Source: a virus. From it: 16,945 nt of DNA. The position numbers were made by a program, and so were the translations under genes. Of the stretch, positions 14,660 to 16,945 are shown in pieces. Location: the IMG/VR virus record IMGVR_UViG_3300045988_116329; one strand, given 5' to 3'. The notes under the pieces were generated by a model. It searched no databases, was not told the DNA's origin, and saw only the letters and a program-made list of their open reading frames with translations. Positions within the stretch are counted from its first letter, which is position 1; each line of letters begins with the position of its first letter.

Positions 14660-14905
14660 TCAATAAATATGTTGTACCATTTTATGATAATAATGCATAT
14701 AAAATATATTACATTGTTTCATAAATACTTTTTCTTCATTATCTATTCTTTTTGTAATATATAAATATTCTATTTTATACTTTATTAAATTAAATAACTG
14801 TGTTATTATTCTCATACTATTATTTTTACCAATTAACATTGTTTCAAATTGACTATATTCCTTGTGAATTATTCGCTCTAATTTATGTTTTCTTTTATTT
14901 GTCAT
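14660..14905 (-). CDS. Hypothetical early protein
   Basis: 81-aa ORF with an SD-like AGGGG 10 nt upstream. It is tightly packed behind the preceding ORF. I recognise no motif. Confidence 0.6.
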   Translation of the reverse strand: MTNKRKHKLERIIHKEYSQFETMLIGKNNSMRIITQLFNLIKYKIEYLYITKRIDNEEKVFMKQCNIFYMHYYHKMVQHIY

Positions 14906-14908
14906 TTT

Positions 14909-15169
14909 TTAAAAACCCCTATAATTAATTTCTAATTTAATACGTTTATACATTTCATCAATACACATTGTTGCATAATATTCATCTAAGTTTAATAAAC
15001 ACTCATATTCGCCATATACCATGTAAGTGTAAGAAGAAATTAAATTAATAAGTAACATAATATTGGCTCTAAAACTAACACAATCAACAAACTTAAATGT
15101 CCATATAATTTTTTTCAACAATCTGTATCTGCGATAAAGTATTTTAGCTTTGTTTTGATAAAAACTCAT
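14909..15169 (-). CDS. Hypothetical early protein
   Basis: 86-aa ORF whose start overlaps the upstream stop (ATGA), with SD AGAGG upstream. I recognise no motif. Confidence 0.6.
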   Translation of the reverse strand: MSFYQNKAKILYRRYRLLKKIIWTFKFVDCVSFRANIMLLINLISSYTYMVYGEYECLLNLDEYYATMCIDEMYKRIKLEINYRGF

Positions 15170-15462
15170 ATTATAAAAAACCTCTTTTCTATTAATTCGT
15201 GATAAAACTTGACTATGTTATCAGAAATTTCCGTTGATGGTACACCAGTCATCATATCGTAATCAAGCGTGTCAAGGAAAAACCACTTTTCGCCTAGTTC
15301 ACGTGTTTTGATTATGATGTACCACATATTTTCAATGGTAGCATATCCGTAAAAAACTTTTCCATTTACCTTTTTAGATACTTTTGTTGCTATCTCTATG
15401 ACAAAATCCTCATAAATATCGTCGATTTCTGTTATCGTATTCTTTCTATGTTTGTAAAACAT
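15166..15462 (-). CDS. Hypothetical early protein
   Basis: The preferred ATG at 15462 (MFYKHRKN...) follows SD AAAGGAGAA by 6 nt. The track start at 15492 would overlap the upstream gene. 98 aa, no recognised motif. Confidence 0.65.
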   Translation of the reverse strand: MFYKHRKNTITEIDDIYEDFVIEIATKVSKKVNGKVFYGYATIENMWYIIIKTRELGEKWFFLDTLDYDMMTGVPSTEISDNIVKFYHELIEKRFFII

Positions 15463-15478
15463 TGCACATTCTCCTTTT

Positions 15479-15676
15479 CTATTCTTCGACATTCACATAT
15501 AATAAATTTTTATTTAATATCTTAAAATTAATTACTTTCATTTTTTTAAGCTGTTTGTTTTTAATAATCTGTGATTTTACATAAATCTCAGATATATCGT
15601 ATTGAACATCATGCAAATAAAAAGTTGTGCTTTCACTATATTTTACAAGTGTTCCTAATTTGATGTTATTTGTCAT
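15479..15676 (-). CDS. Hypothetical early protein
   Basis: 65-aa ORF with SD AGAGGAGAA. It overlaps the upstream gene's end by 11 nt. Confidence 0.6.
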   Translation of the reverse strand: MTNNIKLGTLVKYSESTTFYLHDVQYDISEIYVKSQIIKNKQLKKMKVINFKILNKNLLYVNVEE

Positions 15677-15860
15677 TATTTCTCCTCTTTTCGTTGTTTG
15701 CGTACTCTCTTCTAATTTCTTTTAAGCAATCAGAACAATAACATCCCTCATAGCCCTCAATCTTATAGAAAAAGACCGCCCAATTCTTATTCCATTTTCC
15801 TTTTTCAAGACATCTCTTACAAGAAGCTTGCCCCTCTCCTACGAATTGTGTTACTTTCAT
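15666..15860 (-). CDS. Small putative zinc-ribbon protein
   Basis: ATG at 15860 (MKVTQFV...) follows SD AGAGAGGTGA; the track start is a GTG. Cys pairs CKRC ... CYCSDC are spaced like a 4-Cys zinc ribbon. The C-terminus is basic. Confidence 0.6.
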   Translation of the reverse strand: MKVTQFVGEGQASCKRCLEKGKWNKNWAVFFYKIEGYEGCYCSDCLKEIRREYANNEKRRNNDK

Positions 15861-15901
15861 TTTTATCACCTCTCTTCATTACTTGCTATATTTAATTGTA
15901 A

Positions 15902-15949
15902 AGCCTGCGCAGGGACTTGCACCCTGCTGTGCGCTTGGACGCTTAGGCT
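15902..15949 (-). promoter_or_regulatory. GC-rich compound stem-loop in the early operon intergenic gap
   Basis: An outer stem AGCCT (15902-15906) / AGGCT (15945-15949) encloses two hairpins. One is 15909-15927, with a 6-bp stem and 7-nt loop. The other is 15931-15942. The element lies between the stop of ORF 15948-16130 and the SD of the next gene. Confidence 0.45.
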
Positions 15950-16130
15950 ATTTTAAATTAATTATTATACAACTCTCTCCGCTATCTCCTACAGAATAAA
16001 TAGTATCTATCAAATAATCAAAGAATCTACATGGAATGTCTTTAGCTAAACCGCTCCACTGAACATAACTAGTATTAAGTATTACTTCTTCACTATCTAA
16101 CAAAATTCTAAATAAATCTTGAACTGTCAT
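15948..16130 (-). CDS. Hypothetical early protein
   Basis: 60-aa ORF with SD AGAGGTGAA 5 nt upstream. It starts 1 nt after the upstream stop. Confidence 0.6.
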   Translation of the reverse strand: MTVQDLFRILLDSEEVILNTSYVQWSGLAKDIPCRFFDYLIDTIYSVGDSGESCIIINLK

Positions 16131-16131
16131 A

Positions 16132-16413
16132 TTATTTCACCTCTTTTCTATTTTCGTCTAACTCAACAGCATACTCTAAAAAATCTTTTTCAGTAATGCC
16201 ATATAATTTTGATGACTTCTTAGCATTTACAAGCTTTAAGAATTTTGCACTATTGTTATAATCAGTCATAAATCTCTTTTCAATTTCCTTGTCACTCAAA
16301 TCTCCAATATATGTCTCATTCAATGTAATAACCTCATTGGTATCAAGGTTAAAAGCCATAATTTCAGCATTAGTTACTGTGATTGTTCTTGTAATTAACT
16401 TTTCTTTTCTCAT
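16132..16413 (-). CDS. p6-like histone-like dsDNA-binding protein, paralog 1
   Basis: 93 aa with SD AAAGGAGAA. KLITRTITVTNAEIMAFNLDTNEVITLNETYIGDLSDKEIEKRFMTDY ... KLYGITEKDFLEYAVEL aligns colinearly with the recalled phi29 p6 REITKTTVNVAQMVMVDGEVQVEQLPSETFVGNLTMEQAQWRMKRKY ... EVYELPVEKFLEVATV. It is the first sizeable gene inside the right ITR. Confidence 0.55.
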   Translation of the reverse strand: MRKEKLITRTITVTNAEIMAFNLDTNEVITLNETYIGDLSDKEIEKRFMTDYNNSAKFLKLVNAKKSSKLYGITEKDFLEYAVELDENRKEVK

Positions 16414-16469
16414 ATTGTTTCTCCTTTACTTGTTTGTGCTTGTTTAATTGTTACTTACTGATATGGTTA

Positions 16470-16559
16470 TCAGTGATACAAGTAAGTCGGAGTTGCACCG
16501 ACTCGACAGCTTTTAAACTGTCCAAAACTCCTGCCATTTATTATAATTTCTCTTTTCAT
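16470..16559 (-). CDS. Possible 29-aa leader micro-ORF (uncertain)
   Basis: My own translation gives MKREIIINGRSFGQFKSCRVGATPTYLYH, with SD AAAGGAG 10 nt upstream. The 16485-16503 hairpin lies inside its 3' half. The ORF is below the track's size cut-off. Confidence 0.25.
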   Translation of the reverse strand: MKREIIINGRSFGQFKSCRVGATPTYLYH

Positions 16560-16659
16560 TTTTATATATCTCCTTTCCTTTATCTTTAAGTACATTATAA
16601 CGGGCAGTTGTAAACAGCGTATGACCAAAATGTAAACAATTAGTGAACAAATTTAATAG

Positions 16660-16945
16660 TACTATAGTCCCAAGTTAGACGCAACTAACTTCGTGCATTC
16701 TTTGTACCGCGCTAACGCGCTAATGCTGTACCACTGTGAAGTGCATGGGGTGTACCAAAAATCTCGACGTTCGAAACGACCCCCATCATATTATTTTATA
16801 TTAAAATAGAATAACATATTCAAATAACGTGCAGTCTCGTACCTCGAATGGGGTACAAGACTGTCGACGTTTTTTTTGAAATGGTATGCCTACTATAGTC
16901 CCAAGTTAGACGCAACTAACTTCGTGCATTCTTTGTACCGCGCTA
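16660..16945. repeat. Right inverted terminal repeat (ITR)
   Basis: This is the exact reverse complement of 1-286. It contains the terminal 162-bp unit (16784-16945), the 69-bp B segment (16715-16783), and an internal second copy of the terminal 54 bp (16661-16714). Confidence 0.9.
16795..16823 (-). promoter_or_regulatory. Candidate inward-facing promoter carried in the repeat unit (right-ITR copy aimed at the early genes)
   Basis: TTGAAT, a 17-nt spacer, then TATAAA. The right-ITR copy is on the minus strand at 16818-16823 / 16795-16800. Identical copies on the plus strand lie at 123-128/146-151 and 353-358/376-381. AT-rich sequence makes chance matches plausible. Confidence 0.35.

Noticed and set aside
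15902-15949. tRNA-like appearance (acceptor-like outer stem plus a T-arm-like hairpin with loop UGCAAGU)
   Set aside because: It is only 48 nt with two arms, has no anticodon arm or D-arm, and the T-loop position 55 is G. It is too small and incomplete to be a tRNA, so it is kept only as a structured regulatory element.
1-16945. Reading the terminal inverted repeats as transposon/IS ends or as a CRISPR-like repeat set
   Set aside because: There is no transposase, no cas genes and no regularly spaced short repeats. The presence of TP-position and protein-primed polymerase genes makes linear-genome ITRs the straightforward interpretation.

Overview
The window appears to be a complete linear genome (16,945 bp, AT-rich) of a small phi29-type, protein-primed podophage of a low-GC Firmicute, probably a Clostridia-like host. 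It is bounded by perfect 286-bp inverted terminal repeats. All genes but one lie on the minus strand. Read from the right end leftwards, the order is as follows. First comes an early block of small orphan genes that starts with a p6-like DNA-binding protein. A roughly 500-bp control region follows. Next is the replication operon: a second p6-like protein, a p5-like SSB, the terminal protein, the family-B DNA polymerase and three small ORFs. A bidirectional terminator separates this from a lone plus-strand packaging ATPase, which is driven from a divergent overlapping promoter pair. The late operon then runs holin, cysteine-peptidase endolysin, tail lysozyme, scaffold, major capsid with Big_2 domain, tail knob, portal, lower collar, a 136-aa structural ORF and a beta-helix tailspike. 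No integrase, repressor, tRNA, CRISPR array or transposase was found. Points worth a second look: (1) each ITR holds a second internal copy of the terminal 54 bp, and on the left this copy extends to 161 bp and includes the tailspike gene's 3' end; (2) a GC-enriched, ORF-free element of about 115 nt lies between the ATPase stop and the terminator, its ends pair only in the plus sense, and it is a candidate packaging RNA; (3) there are two p6-like paralogs; (4) the ATPase and late promoters overlap back to back; (5) a hairpin-loop motif recurs in the early region; (6) a repeat-dense control region precedes the replication operon. All homology statements rest on motif recognition by eye and recalled phi29 sequences, not on searches.
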